From Candidatus Krumholzibacteriia bacterium (lineage in GTDB: Bacteria > Krumholzibacteriota > Krumholzibacteriia > Krumholzibacteriales > Krumholzibacteriaceae), in the NCBI GenBank assembly GCA_963836185.1, contig CAWIIQ010000002.1:160001-224000 (forward strand): a stretch of DNA of 64,000 nt. The letters are read 5' to 3'. A program made the position numbers and the translations under genes. The notes below the pieces were generated by a model, which worked only from the letters and a program-made list of their open reading frames with translations, had not been told where the DNA came from and searched no databases. Shown here one piece after another: positions 1 to 9,758 of this stretch. Numbering within the stretch: the stretch's first letter is position 1; every line of letters starts with the position of its first letter.

Positions 1-608
1 CTGATATCCGATCCGATGTTCTGCACGGCGATACCGATCGCGACTCCGACCTTGTCGATAGTGTAGAGCGCTCCGACGTCGAACGCAGGTCCGCCCGCCG
101 TCCATTCATCGAGCTTCTCCTGGAAATACTTCGCGTTCGCCCCGATCGTCAATGACGGGACCGGTGTGAACCCGAGGCCGATGATGGCCTGGTAGTTGTT
201 GTTTTTGAGAGCCGTAGTCTCCATCCCGTACATGTCGTAGCCCTGGATGTCAGGACGGTATTCATATGTGAAGGAACCGGCCGCGACGAACTTGTCGCTG
301 AACCTGTGGTGCAGTGAGGCGTTGTTATACTTCGTATCCACCAGCCATTCGGAATGAAGAACGCCGAAACCGGTCCCCTCCATCAGTCCGAAGGACGCCG
401 GGTTTGCCAGCCAGTTGAACGGGTCCCCCCGCAGCGCGGCGCTGATCTCGCCCATGGCGATCGACTTGGCGCCTATCGCGCGCGTGAGGTATTCCGCTCC
501 GGTGCTGCCCGGGCCGTCCTGCGCGGATGCGCCAGAGGAAACGCACACGATCAGGAATATTCCCGTAATCAGAAGAGCCTGTGTTGTTATTCTTCGCGTG
601 TGTATCAT
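1..608 (-). CDS. PorV/PorQ-family outer-membrane protein (partial, runs off window start)
   Basis: Translated by hand, not in the ORF track: MIHTRRITTQALLITGIFLIVCVSSGASAQDGPGSTGAEYLTRAIGAKSIAMGE...NPA...FDVGALY...AVQNIG. Signal peptide, PorV-like GAxxxAMG...NPA motif, GGAG RBS. Confidence 0.8.
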   Translation of the reverse strand, partial: MIHTRRITTQALLITGIFLIVCVSSGASAQDGPGSTGAEYLTRAIGAKSIAMGEISAALRGDPFNWLANPASFGLMEGTGFGVLHSEWLVDTKYNNASLHHRFSDKFVAAGSFTYEYRPDIQGYDMYGMETTALKNNNYQAIIGLGFTPVPSLTIGANAKYFQEKLDEWTAGGPAFDVGALYTIDKVGVAIGIAVQNIGSDI

Positions 609-639
609 AGCGACTCCACTCTATATCATCTGGGCCTGA

Positions 640-1545
640 TCAGTTCACTATCATAATGGGGCGTCTCTCGACGAACTCTCCGCCGGAATCCCTGACGAGA
701 ACGTAATAGACGCCGCTCATCACCTGGGTGCCCTGGTTATTCGAACCGTTCCAGGTCAGCGAAGTGCTGCTGCCGACCCCGCTCTGCCAGACCTCGAGCC
801 CATTGCCGTTTATAACGGTGACCGTCCCGTCGGCGGGCAGGTTGTGCATGCTCATCGATCCCATGTCGGGATGATACGGTACCGGGAAAATGCTGAGCGC
901 CGGCGCGGAAAGAGGCGCCGGGTTCTCGCCGGTAAGCGATAGTGTATCTATAGCGGAGACGATAAGATTATCATCGCCGTCATACGCGACTGCCCTGACA
1001 TAGTATGTGCCCGGGAAAAGAAGATCATCGATCTGGTTGCTGTGCAATCCGTCGAACTGGTCATCATCCCACGCGGTCATCTGTTCCATGCTCATGTCAT
1101 TGTCGTACTGGACGAATCCGATCGTCGGGTCCTGTGAGGACCAGGTGACATCGCACGAGCCGTCCGTGCCGATAGACATATCCGTGATCCGGCATATATC
1201 CTTCATGGCCTCACCAGCCTCCTGCGGGATCGTCATTCCCGAAACGAGGTTCGAGAACGGGCTTCTGTTGCCGTAATTGTCCTTGGCGACGATCCTGTAG
1301 TAGTACCGGACCCCCTGATACCGTCCCGTGTCAGTGTATTCGAAGGTACTCGCGTTCACACTGTCAATTGCGGTGAAATTATTGTCCGGATCTATAGATC
1401 TGTAAATGACGTATCCCGTGACCGTGGGCTCCGGGTTGGGCGCCCAGTTCACAAGATAATCTGTAGTCGACTGAGCGAAGACAGGGGTGCCTGTCAATAG
1501 AAGGAGGCAACAGATCAGTGTTGTTTTTAAAATACCGTGTCTCAT
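640..1545 (-). CDS. Secreted fibronectin type III protein with T9SS CTD / FlgD-Ig-like C-terminal domain
   Basis: Signal peptide; FN3 motifs W..N.E..V.GY.IYRS and YYYRIVA.D..GN.S; C-terminal IFPVPY...WNG.N..G..V.SGVYYV. Confidence 0.8.
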   Translation of the reverse strand: MRHGILKTTLICCLLLLTGTPVFAQSTTDYLVNWAPNPEPTVTGYVIYRSIDPDNNFTAIDSVNASTFEYTDTGRYQGVRYYYRIVAKDNYGNRSPFSNLVSGMTIPQEAGEAMKDICRITDMSIGTDGSCDVTWSSQDPTIGFVQYDNDMSMEQMTAWDDDQFDGLHSNQIDDLLFPGTYYVRAVAYDGDDNLIVSAIDTLSLTGENPAPLSAPALSIFPVPYHPDMGSMSMHNLPADGTVTVINGNGLEVWQSGVGSSTSLTWNGSNNQGTQVMSGVYYVLVRDSGGEFVERRPIMIVN

Positions 1546-2012
1546 GATCTCACTCCGTTGTAACCTTATCGGGGCAATGTTTCAATGATGATTTAGTCAT
1601 GCCGCTCAATTTTCCAGTTCAAAAGTGAAAGTTGAATTGCATTTTGAAACATCCGAACCGAGTCTCCTTTCCACGAACCCCTGTTTGAATTGTGTGAAAA
1701 CCCTTCCTCGTGATTCCTACCCGTTACCCGTCATGCCTAATCAATCCGACTTCATGCCCGTTTTCCTGACAGGGTCTTCACTTCGTTTTTCATAAGTATC
1801 CTGGCGGTGTAAGGCAAGTGCAAAATGTTCGCCATTCCGGCGTGTCCGGCCAGGTTGACCCATAACGTATTAAGGTGCAGGTATATGGAGAGAATAAAAA
1901 AAGATGCGGCCCGGACAGGTTTGAGTGCGCCTGGTTCTTCAAAGTTCGCAACCGCTTGAATTTATAGGTAATTACACCCAGTGAAAAGGCCCTAGTGTGA
2001 TATTCCCAGTCT

Positions 2013-3893
2013 TTATTCCTGGTCTGTGCCGTATGCGTCACGATTCTTCTCCGCCCACTCCAGCATCCCCTTCCGCGGCCACACGATGATGTAATGGACA
2101 GGCTTGTACTTGCCTTCCATGATGAGCAATGTCCGTTGCGGCGAGTTGGCAGCCGCCAGCCTAAGGTCCTGTTCGCTCGTTCCGATCGGATATACCCTTC
2201 CGCCGTTCTGCTCGGGTATCTGCCTGAGGTGAGCCAGCCCGGGGCTGAGCTCCTCGAGCAGCGGATCGTAGAACCAGCTTCCCCCGATCATTCCCTTTAT
2301 CCGTGGATAGCGTTTCAGGAGATCGGCGATATTGAGGTAGCAGCGGATCCATCCTTCCTTGCTGAAGTTCTTTCTCAGGTACCTCATGTCGAGGTGGATA
2401 CTGTAGAAGGGCTTCAATCCCTTCATCTGCCTGACGGTATAGCTCAGTCCATCGATGAACTGCCCCACCCCGCCCGTGAACAGGAACTTGCTTCCGATCC
2501 CCGATTCTTCCACGAGGAACCCGACGGGGACCAGTCTAAGGCTGCAGACGGCCAGGTCCTTGCAGAACCGGTCTTTCCTGTAGTCGTAAAACTCATCCTC
2601 CATCAGGCCGAAATCTTCGATGATCCTCTCGAACCATTCGCCGTACAGCTTGTTGATCTTCTCCGGAAGACCCATGTTTTCCAGGATGGGGATCGAGTCC
2701 CTGATAAAATGCGCCATCGCCGTCTTCTGATACAGGGCGATGCCCCTGATCCCGCAGGATGCTTCAATATCATCAAACGCCGCCACAAGTTTCGGGCTGG
2801 TGTTCCGGTAGAAGTGTCGCCGCCTGTACGATCTCACTATCCCGGAGTATCGCTCGATCGGGTATTTCCGGAGGACATCCGGGGTGATCCGCAGGAGTTC
2901 CCCTTCGAGGGTTCCGATCGCCTCTTCGGCCCTGGCAGCGATGCCCGCCATCTCCGGAGTCGTCTTCCTGTATTTGTCCGCCCACGCTATCAGATCTTTC
3001 CTGTTCCACAGCATCATGTGGCCGGTCGGTCTGTACTTTCCCTCTTCGTACAATCTTTTTCTCGTCGGAGACTTCAACGTCGAGAGCCTTATGTCCCTCG
3101 CGCTGGAACCGGTCTTGAAGAATCGCGCGCGGCGCTTCTCGGGGCGTTCCCTGAGATAGGCCAGTCTCGGGCTGATCCTGCTGATCTCCGGATCATAGAA
3201 CCAGCTGACGGCGAATAACCCCTTGATCCGCGGATTGGCCTTCAGCATCTCGGCGACCCTGACAAAACAACGGTCACGTCCATCTGAGTTGAATTTGTCC
3301 AGATACCGCATATCCATATGTATGCCGTAGAAGGGGTGGAATCCCCTCGTTCCGATCACTGTTCGGTACATATAGCAGAAGAATTGCTTTATCCCGCCCG
3401 ACAGGAAATGTCTTCTGCTCAGGCCGGCTATCTCTGTCAGTTCACACCCGACCGGGGTCATACGCATGCTGCAGACCCCGAGGTCCTTGCAGAAGAAATC
3501 CTGCTCGTGATCATAGAACTCGTCCGGCTGTTTCGAGAAATCATCCACGATCCTCTCGAACCATTCGTAATAAAGCCCGGTGATATCGGCGGAGAAACTC
3601 GTAGAGGGAAGCCTGTCGATCGTCCTCTTGATAAAGGAAGCGAGGGCCAGCTTGTGATAGAGGGTGATGCCGGGCTGGCCGTATTCGGCCCTGATGCTCT
3701 CAAAGGCCGCCGTCAGCCTGAAGGGGAAATCCCTGTACAGGTACAGTTCGGGGAGCGACTCGATCTCATCTATATACATCTCGATGGGGAATTTCGTGAG
3801 AAAGTTCTCATCGAGCCTTTCGAGGCCCTCTTTAAACGAATCTATCCGGCTGTCGACAAGGGCTTCAGTCAGCATCAAAGGCTCCAGACGCAA
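2013..3893 (-). CDS. Protein of two tandem ~300-aa repeats, possibly a GNAT-like acyltransferase
   Basis: Each half carries FCKDLxVCSxRxxPVG, IHxDMRYL, SWFYDP and EGKY[RK]P. SWFYDP resembles the SWLLDP motif of GNAT_C-type acyltransferases. Confidence 0.6.
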   Translation of the reverse strand: MRLEPLMLTEALVDSRIDSFKEGLERLDENFLTKFPIEMYIDEIESLPELYLYRDFPFRLTAAFESIRAEYGQPGITLYHKLALASFIKRTIDRLPSTSFSADITGLYYEWFERIVDDFSKQPDEFYDHEQDFFCKDLGVCSMRMTPVGCELTEIAGLSRRHFLSGGIKQFFCYMYRTVIGTRGFHPFYGIHMDMRYLDKFNSDGRDRCFVRVAEMLKANPRIKGLFAVSWFYDPEISRISPRLAYLRERPEKRRARFFKTGSSARDIRLSTLKSPTRKRLYEEGKYRPTGHMMLWNRKDLIAWADKYRKTTPEMAGIAARAEEAIGTLEGELLRITPDVLRKYPIERYSGIVRSYRRRHFYRNTSPKLVAAFDDIEASCGIRGIALYQKTAMAHFIRDSIPILENMGLPEKINKLYGEWFERIIEDFGLMEDEFYDYRKDRFCKDLAVCSLRLVPVGFLVEESGIGSKFLFTGGVGQFIDGLSYTVRQMKGLKPFYSIHLDMRYLRKNFSKEGWIRCYLNIADLLKRYPRIKGMIGGSWFYDPLLEELSPGLAHLRQIPEQNGGRVYPIGTSEQDLRLAAANSPQRTLLIMEGKYKPVHYIIVWPRKGMLEWAEKNRDAYGTDQE

Positions 3894-4152
3894 AGGGGAA
3901 TCAATCAGATATTTAAAGTAATATCCCTATACGTTCAAGTAGATATTGGCTTGCACTGGTCCGAATATCGTTTATATTCGCAGCGACAGGGAAATTTTTC
4001 AGGCATTGTCGCGGGGGCCGGGTGTATAATCACTCAAGGTTCGTCCGGAAGGACGGAGGAATCCTGCGCAATCATGCGGATCTTCCCGGTGCGGACAGGT
4101 GTCCGGAGGGAAGGGACTACGCTCTAACCCCTATTGTTTTTATGCATTTGAA

Positions 4153-4168
4153 CGGCATACATATTGCA
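4153..4168 (+). promoter_or_regulatory. Putative sigma54 -24/-12 promoter
   Basis: CGGCATACATATTGCA (GG-N10-GC) upstream of ATG 4195. Confidence 0.6.
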
Positions 4169-4194
4169 ACCGAAACGGGAGGGGAGGTACAGCC

Positions 4195-5943
4195 ATGAAT
4201 AGGCTCCAGTATTGGATTTTTATAACTCTAATGATTCTTCCTCTTGCCGGGCTGCATGCGGAAAATTATTACATGTCGCCGGGTGGCGATAACGGCCGAA
4301 GCGGTTTATCGCCCGACTTGTCCTGGGCCACGATGCAGTATGCATCATCGCAGATGGGCGCCGGAGACACCCTGTTCATCATGGGCGGGACTTACAGCGA
4401 CGACCAGTATTTCCACAGGACGAACGGTACGGGAGGCGCTCCCGGAAGCCCGCTCGTCATAAAGGCATACGGGGACGAAGTCGCCATATTCCAGCGCACG
4501 GGCAGGAACGACAGACATCTTAATTACTACTTCTACTTCTATTACGGCACTGATTACGTGACGATCGATGGATTCAGCAGCCTGAATCCCTCGGATTCCC
4601 TGTACATCAAGCTCGAGGGTCACGAGGATGCTTCGTACGCGGTTCGTTTCCTCGGAGCGACCGGCGGGACCAACTGGTGCGAGCATATCACGGTCAGGGG
4701 GATCGAGATCGACGGCGATCACGAGTGGGATGCTCCGGGCGGCCTGCTCAGGTACGGTATCGGTACGACCTTCAGCAGGTATGTGTTGATAGAGAGCAAC
4801 TACATCCATCACATATACCACGCTACGGGAGACCTGCCAGGCGGTGACGGCACAGATCGCGCGCAGGGAACGGGAGAGGCGGTCTATCTACTCAGCACCG
4901 AGCTCTCGACAGTTCAGAAGAACACGGTGAAGTATGTGAATCATGCCGGGATGGCGTTCGGCCAGTACGCGAACCCCAGCGATCCGGTATGCAGGTACAA
5001 CAAGATCAGGTATAACCGCTGTGACATCTACTGGGGCGGCGGGATCTACCTGTTCCAGAACTGCGAATACAATCTTGTCGAGGGAAACGTCATCACTCAC
5101 TGCGGCGAGACCACGACAAAGACGAAGGGCGCCTTCTACATCGCCGGCTCAAACAACACGGTAAGAAGGAACGTCACCTACAATCCGATGGCGGGTGCGC
5201 TGGGCATGAAGGGGATGAGGTTCGAGGATTTCTGCTATATCGTGCAGAACAACCTCGTCTACAACAATACCTTCTTCGGCACGCAGAGCGACAATCTCGA
5301 GCTGGTCGTAAAGAACACCGGCGCGAATGCTTGTGCCGACGCGAGGATGAACGACAATTTCTTCGCGAACAACATCTTCTACAAGTCGTGGGGACTTACG
5401 GCGGATGTCGGCAGCAGGGCCGGAGAGCTGAAGCTGTACCTCTACGACGCGAGCGCGGAACATAACTGGATCACCCCCGACCAGTCAGGTGTATCGCCGG
5501 CCAGTACGCACTGGGGCGGCAACAGGTTCTATCACAACCTGATGCGCAAGGACGAGCATCCCGCCGACTGGAATCAGGTCATCATCTACGCCATGGACGG
5601 CGATTATGGAAGTATCTACACATACTCGATCGCCGATGCGCAGAACAACGACCCGATCGCCTGGCGGAACAACATCGGCGATATCCCGCAGCTGCTCAGC
5701 GAGGACCCCGACGCAGTATACGAAGGCTGGTGGCGCATCATGCCGGGCAGCCCGTGCGTGGATCGCGGTACGATAGTGGACGAGACGAACGGCGCGTACG
5801 TCGAGTCGCTGCACCCGGGATACGGCTGGGCAGGCCTGGACTATTCCGGCACGGCTCCCGATATCGGGGCGTACGAAACGGACCTTGAGAATCCGGCGCC
5901 GCTCAGCACACCGGTCCAGGGCCGCCTGCAGACCGGCGGGTAA
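4195..5943 (+). CDS. Secreted right-handed beta-helix (pectin-lyase-fold) protein
   Basis: GGAGG RBS before ATG 4195; signal peptide; YYMSP.G.N...G start; Asn-rich helix repeats; C-terminal SPCVD.G...PDIGAYE. Confidence 0.8.
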   Translation: MNRLQYWIFITLMILPLAGLHAENYYMSPGGDNGRSGLSPDLSWATMQYASSQMGAGDTLFIMGGTYSDDQYFHRTNGTGGAPGSPLVIKAYGDEVAIFQRTGRNDRHLNYYFYFYYGTDYVTIDGFSSLNPSDSLYIKLEGHEDASYAVRFLGATGGTNWCEHITVRGIEIDGDHEWDAPGGLLRYGIGTTFSRYVLIESNYIHHIYHATGDLPGGDGTDRAQGTGEAVYLLSTELSTVQKNTVKYVNHAGMAFGQYANPSDPVCRYNKIRYNRCDIYWGGGIYLFQNCEYNLVEGNVITHCGETTTKTKGAFYIAGSNNTVRRNVTYNPMAGALGMKGMRFEDFCYIVQNNLVYNNTFFGTQSDNLELVVKNTGANACADARMNDNFFANNIFYKSWGLTADVGSRAGELKLYLYDASAEHNWITPDQSGVSPASTHWGGNRFYHNLMRKDEHPADWNQVIIYAMDGDYGSIYTYSIADAQNNDPIAWRNNIGDIPQLLSEDPDAVYEGWWRIMPGSPCVDRGTIVDETNGAYVESLHPGYGWAGLDYSGTAPDIGAYETDLENPAPLSTPVQGRLQTGG

Positions 5944-6038
5944 GCCGAAGCGGACGGAGAAACGGAATTTCATGCAGGCTGCCGTATGCGCACTGGCGCG
6001 AATATCGGCAGCCTGTTATGCTTTCAGGGTGAATTTCC

Positions 6039-7166
6039 ATGAATGACAGCCGATTACCGATAAGAGTGATGTTTGTCGTGCCGTGCTTCGGGTACGGGGG
6101 CCTCGAGCAGGTCATCCTGAACATCGTGAGGGACCTGGACCGCTCGAGGTTTACGCCTTCGTTCTGCTCCCTTGTCGTTCCTGAGCCTGGCCTGTTCGAA
6201 GATCTTAAGGCACTCGACCTCGGATGCCACATCATCGAGAAGGGCGACGGCATAAAGCCTTCCCTGCCGCTGAAGCTCGGCAGGCTTTTCAGGGCCGAGC
6301 GGATAGACATCATAAATGCCCATGATATCGGCGCTACGATATATGCGGCGCCCGCTGCCCGGCTCGCCCGGACCCCCGCGTTCATCCACACCGATCACAG
6401 CCAGATCCTGGCGAAAACGAAATACCCAGGCGTCTACAGATGGATATGGAAGAACCTCGTCGATTACTCGATAACAGTCTCGGAGGATCTTGAGCGGCAC
6501 CTGGTCTCGAGGTACGGGGTGGATTCCGGCCTGGTACGCACAATACCGAACGGGATCGATACCGGCCGGTTCGCCGGCGGCGGAGGCACCGGCGAACTGC
6601 GGAAAGAACTCGGGATAAGCGAGGGGGACAGGGTGATAGGGACGATAGGGAGGTTGATGAGGCAGAAAGGGATGCCTTACCTGCTCGAGGCCTTCAGAAT
6701 ACTGCGGCAGGGAGCTTCCGATACGACACTGGTCATCGTGGGAGACGGCGAGGAGAGGGCCGGCCTCGAGCAGCGCGCCCGGGAACTCGGCATAAGCGAC
6801 AAGGTCGTCTTCGCGGGGATCCGCAGGGATATTCCCGATCTTCTCGCGATGTTCGACATCTTCACCCTCGCGTCGTTATGGGAGGGGCAGCCGATCACGA
6901 TCATGGAGGCGATGGCCGCGGGAAGGCCGATCGTCGCGACAGACGCGGGAGGCAGCGCGGAGGTCCTCGACGACGGAAGGTGCGGCATCATCGTGCCGGT
7001 CAAGGATCCCGGGGCCCTGGCCGGATCGATCCGGTCTCTCCTCGACGATCCGGAACTCGCGGGCAGGTTCGGCGAGCGGGCCCGGGAGCGCGCGGAGGCC
7101 GAGCTCAGCTCTGCCGCGATGACGAGGAAGTATGAAGATGTCTTCGGATCTGTCCACGGCAGGTGA
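6039..7166 (+). CDS. Glycosyltransferase family 4
   Basis: GGLEQV, IPNGID, GRL..QKG, SLWEGQPITIMEAMA.G.P motifs. Confidence 0.92.
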   Translation: MNDSRLPIRVMFVVPCFGYGGLEQVILNIVRDLDRSRFTPSFCSLVVPEPGLFEDLKALDLGCHIIEKGDGIKPSLPLKLGRLFRAERIDIINAHDIGATIYAAPAARLARTPAFIHTDHSQILAKTKYPGVYRWIWKNLVDYSITVSEDLERHLVSRYGVDSGLVRTIPNGIDTGRFAGGGGTGELRKELGISEGDRVIGTIGRLMRQKGMPYLLEAFRILRQGASDTTLVIVGDGEERAGLEQRARELGISDKVVFAGIRRDIPDLLAMFDIFTLASLWEGQPITIMEAMAAGRPIVATDAGGSAEVLDDGRCGIIVPVKDPGALAGSIRSLLDDPELAGRFGERARERAEAELSSAAMTRKYEDVFGSVHGR

Positions 7167-7184
7167 GGGAAAAAAGACTGGACA

Positions 7185-7200
7185 GGGTACGTAAGTTGCA
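7185..7200 (+). promoter_or_regulatory. Putative sigma54 promoter of the kinase-RtcB module
   Basis: GGGTACGTAAGTTGCA (GG-N10-GC with TTGC) in the intergenic gap. Confidence 0.45.
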
Positions 7201-7255
7201 TAAGATGGTCGATAATAGGAAGTTAATAGGGATTGTAGAGTAATCGACTACGACC

Positions 7256-8323
7256 ATGGATGATATTCACATCAAGCTGGGCTCGTTGCCCGTCCGGATA
7301 AGTTCAGACGACGGGGACTTTCTCGAGTATACCCTCAGCCATTTTGCGCCCGTGACGATCGATCCGCCTGCACGGTGCGCCGTCGAGGCGCGCTTCACCC
7401 GGGGCCCCTGCGAAGAGGAGCAGACCGCGCTTGCCCGGTACGACCGGATCGGCAGGGGGATCTACACCGATGGAAAGACTGTGATCTGGAACACGGTCCC
7501 GTATTTCCCCGCGATGACGATGAGCTTCCTGTTCGAGGGAGAGACGCTGGCCGTCAGGGCGTATCAGAATACTTCCGGATCGATGAAAAGCACGGTGAAG
7601 AATCTCGTCAGAGCGATCTACGGCCAGTCGGAGAGCAGGAGCGTCTTCTATTTCGAGCTGCTCTACTATCTCGTCTACTACCCGGTGTTCCGGATGCTTT
7701 CCGACAGGGGGATCCATGCTCTTCACGGCGGCGGGATAGAGGCGCGCGAGAAGCGCATCGTGGTGGTGGGGGCACAGGGAACAGGCAAGTCGACGCTCAT
7801 AGCCAACCTGCTCGCCGGGTCCGGTTCGCGTTTCCTCTCCGACAACATCATCCTTTTCGACAGCAGGAGGGTGTATTCATGTCATGAGCCGGTACGCCTC
7901 GATACAGGCATGCTGGATAATGATCCCCTGCTGAGGGAGATGGTGTCGAAGATCGACCTGGATGTGCCTCTAGGGCGGACGGCTGGAAATGTCCGCCGGG
8001 AATCGTATATCGAGTCGATGGAGCCGGATATATTCATCATACCGAGGATAACCCGGTCGGCGACATCGCTCGAACCGTGCACGAAAGAGGATGTAGTCCG
8101 AAAGGCATTGTATTTCAACAGTCTTGCCGACGAGGTAAGATCCTTCGATATATTCGCCTCGGTCCTCGGGCAGGTCTTTCCCCCGAAGCTGCCTCCCTGC
8201 AGCGGGGCAGAGGCCCTCAGCGCGCTTCTTGAGGGCAGGGAGTTATACGAACTCGGCATCGGATACGGTGAGGATCCCGGGGTGACCGCGCGTGCCTTCA
8301 TCGAGAGTGTGACCAATGAGTGA
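7256..8323 (+). CDS. HPr-kinase-related P-loop kinase
   Basis: LHGGG...GAQGTGKSTL...LSDN matches the HprK-type LH...GxxGxGKS...DD pattern. Confidence 0.75.
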   Translation: MDDIHIKLGSLPVRISSDDGDFLEYTLSHFAPVTIDPPARCAVEARFTRGPCEEEQTALARYDRIGRGIYTDGKTVIWNTVPYFPAMTMSFLFEGETLAVRAYQNTSGSMKSTVKNLVRAIYGQSESRSVFYFELLYYLVYYPVFRMLSDRGIHALHGGGIEAREKRIVVVGAQGTGKSTLIANLLAGSGSRFLSDNIILFDSRRVYSCHEPVRLDTGMLDNDPLLREMVSKIDLDVPLGRTAGNVRRESYIESMEPDIFIIPRITRSATSLEPCTKEDVVRKALYFNSLADEVRSFDIFASVLGQVFPPKLPPCSGAEALSALLEGRELYELGIGYGEDPGVTARAFIESVTNE

Positions 8324-9746
8324 TGACAAGATAAAGCTGCTCTTTGACGAGTCCTTCGATCCCGACGAGAGGCTGATCGCCTCGCTGAAGGATATAGCCG
8401 GTATCGACGACGTGCATATGGTAGTCGGCATGGTCGACCTGCACCTGAAGAAGAATACGGAGAATCCCTCGAGCGTCGCTATCGCGACGCGCGAGAGGCT
8501 CATCCCCAAGCTTTCAAGCGTGGCCCAGAACTGCGGGATGGCGATCGCGGCGACAAATCTCACGACGGGCGATGCCGGGGTGGAGAGGCTGGAGGAGCTC
8601 TTCGGCAGGATGAGGGCCGAGGATGACACGCTTATGCGGCACCCGGGGATGAGCGTCGAGGATATGAGAAGGGCCGCGTGCCTCGGAGCGCCCTGGGCGG
8701 CGGAAAAGGCGGGGCTCCCCGTTGATTTCCCGGAAAATATCGAGTTCGGGGGAGCCGTCGGCAGGACCGATCTGCTTTCGTGGAAGGAGCTCGGGAAACT
8801 GGTCCCGCGTTATTCCCTCGATCGCGGAAGGTACGGGTTCGGGGTGATTCCGGCCGGCAACCATTTCCTGGAGATACAGGCGGTGGACGAAGTGATCGAC
8901 GGGGAAGAATGCGAAAGGCATGGTATCCGCGAGAACGGGATCATGATAATGATCCATTCCGATGGAGGCCTCATATCAGACGATATAGGAAACCTGTACG
9001 GGAACCGGACGACCGCGAAGGGATACATCAGGGCTCTTTATAACGTAAGGAAGACGGCCCTGCATCTTCGCGACTGGCGGGGGGTGGAGAACTGGAAGGA
9101 AAAGAAGGAGTATTACTTCGGCGCTGGCAGGTATATCCAGATCTCCCCAGGGACGGATGAGGGGAAGCGGTTCCTCAAGGCGAAGGACCTTTCGATGAAT
9201 GCCGGGTATGCTTCGAGAGTGACTACGATGGGAAGGGTGAAGAGGCTCATGGGAGAGGTCTTCCCCGAGGGGCCGTTCGATATGCGACTGCTCTGCGATT
9301 TTTCACATAATTCTATTTTCCGCGAGACGATCGACGGCAGCCCCGTGTGGGTGCACCGTCACAACGCGTGCAGAGTCGTAGAAGGACAGCTCGTATTTCT
9401 GCCCGGATACAGTAATACATCTTCGTATATCTGCGCAGGTTCTTCCGGCGCCCGCGATTTCCTCAACACTATGGATCACGGGGCCGGGAAGACGATAGAC
9501 CGGTTGAAGAAGAAGGGACTCGTGCGTGAGCTCGGAAACGGACGCGTCACGAGGAGCTACAACAATGAGTCACCGGAACCGAAACAGGTCCCTCATGTGT
9601 CCGACGAAGGCATAGACGCGGTTATCGAATCACTGGGCCGTAACGATATCGTGAGGCCTGTCGCGAGGCTGAGGCCCATGGCCGGTTACCGCTATCTCTG
9701 GAAGGGCCGGCTGGCACGGGCACGAGAGAAGATAACGGCCGGCTAG
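8316..9746 (+). CDS. Diverged RtcB-family (GTP-dependent ligase) protein
   Basis: RtcB motifs in canonical order: DLH, NCGM, GNHFLEIQ, MIHS, SHN, VHR, LPG, HGAG, LRP. Start overlaps the kinase stop. Confidence 0.8.
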   Translation: MSDDKIKLLFDESFDPDERLIASLKDIAGIDDVHMVVGMVDLHLKKNTENPSSVAIATRERLIPKLSSVAQNCGMAIAATNLTTGDAGVERLEELFGRMRAEDDTLMRHPGMSVEDMRRAACLGAPWAAEKAGLPVDFPENIEFGGAVGRTDLLSWKELGKLVPRYSLDRGRYGFGVIPAGNHFLEIQAVDEVIDGEECERHGIRENGIMIMIHSDGGLISDDIGNLYGNRTTAKGYIRALYNVRKTALHLRDWRGVENWKEKKEYYFGAGRYIQISPGTDEGKRFLKAKDLSMNAGYASRVTTMGRVKRLMGEVFPEGPFDMRLLCDFSHNSIFRETIDGSPVWVHRHNACRVVEGQLVFLPGYSNTSSYICAGSSGARDFLNTMDHGAGKTIDRLKKKGLVRELGNGRVTRSYNNESPEPKQVPHVSDEGIDAVIESLGRNDIVRPVARLRPMAGYRYLWKGRLARAREKITAG

Positions 9747-9758
9747 GGCGCTGTAAGG

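Noticed and set aside
1546-2012. AT-richer intergenic region with an 83-aa ORF and a TGTGTGAAAA also found at 21190
   Set aside because: The ORF lacks coding features, and one shared 10-mer is too weak to call a site.
7256-8323. Lasso peptide or PqqD-type RiPP cluster (HprK-like kinase plus AsnB-like protein)
   Set aside because: No precursor, PqqD/RRE or B2 protease seen, and AsnB keeps its N-terminal glutaminase Cys.
8316-9746. Canonical RNA-repair rtcB operon
   Set aside because: No rtcA, CARF-domain rtcR, archease or Ro gene nearby, and several canonical motifs are altered.
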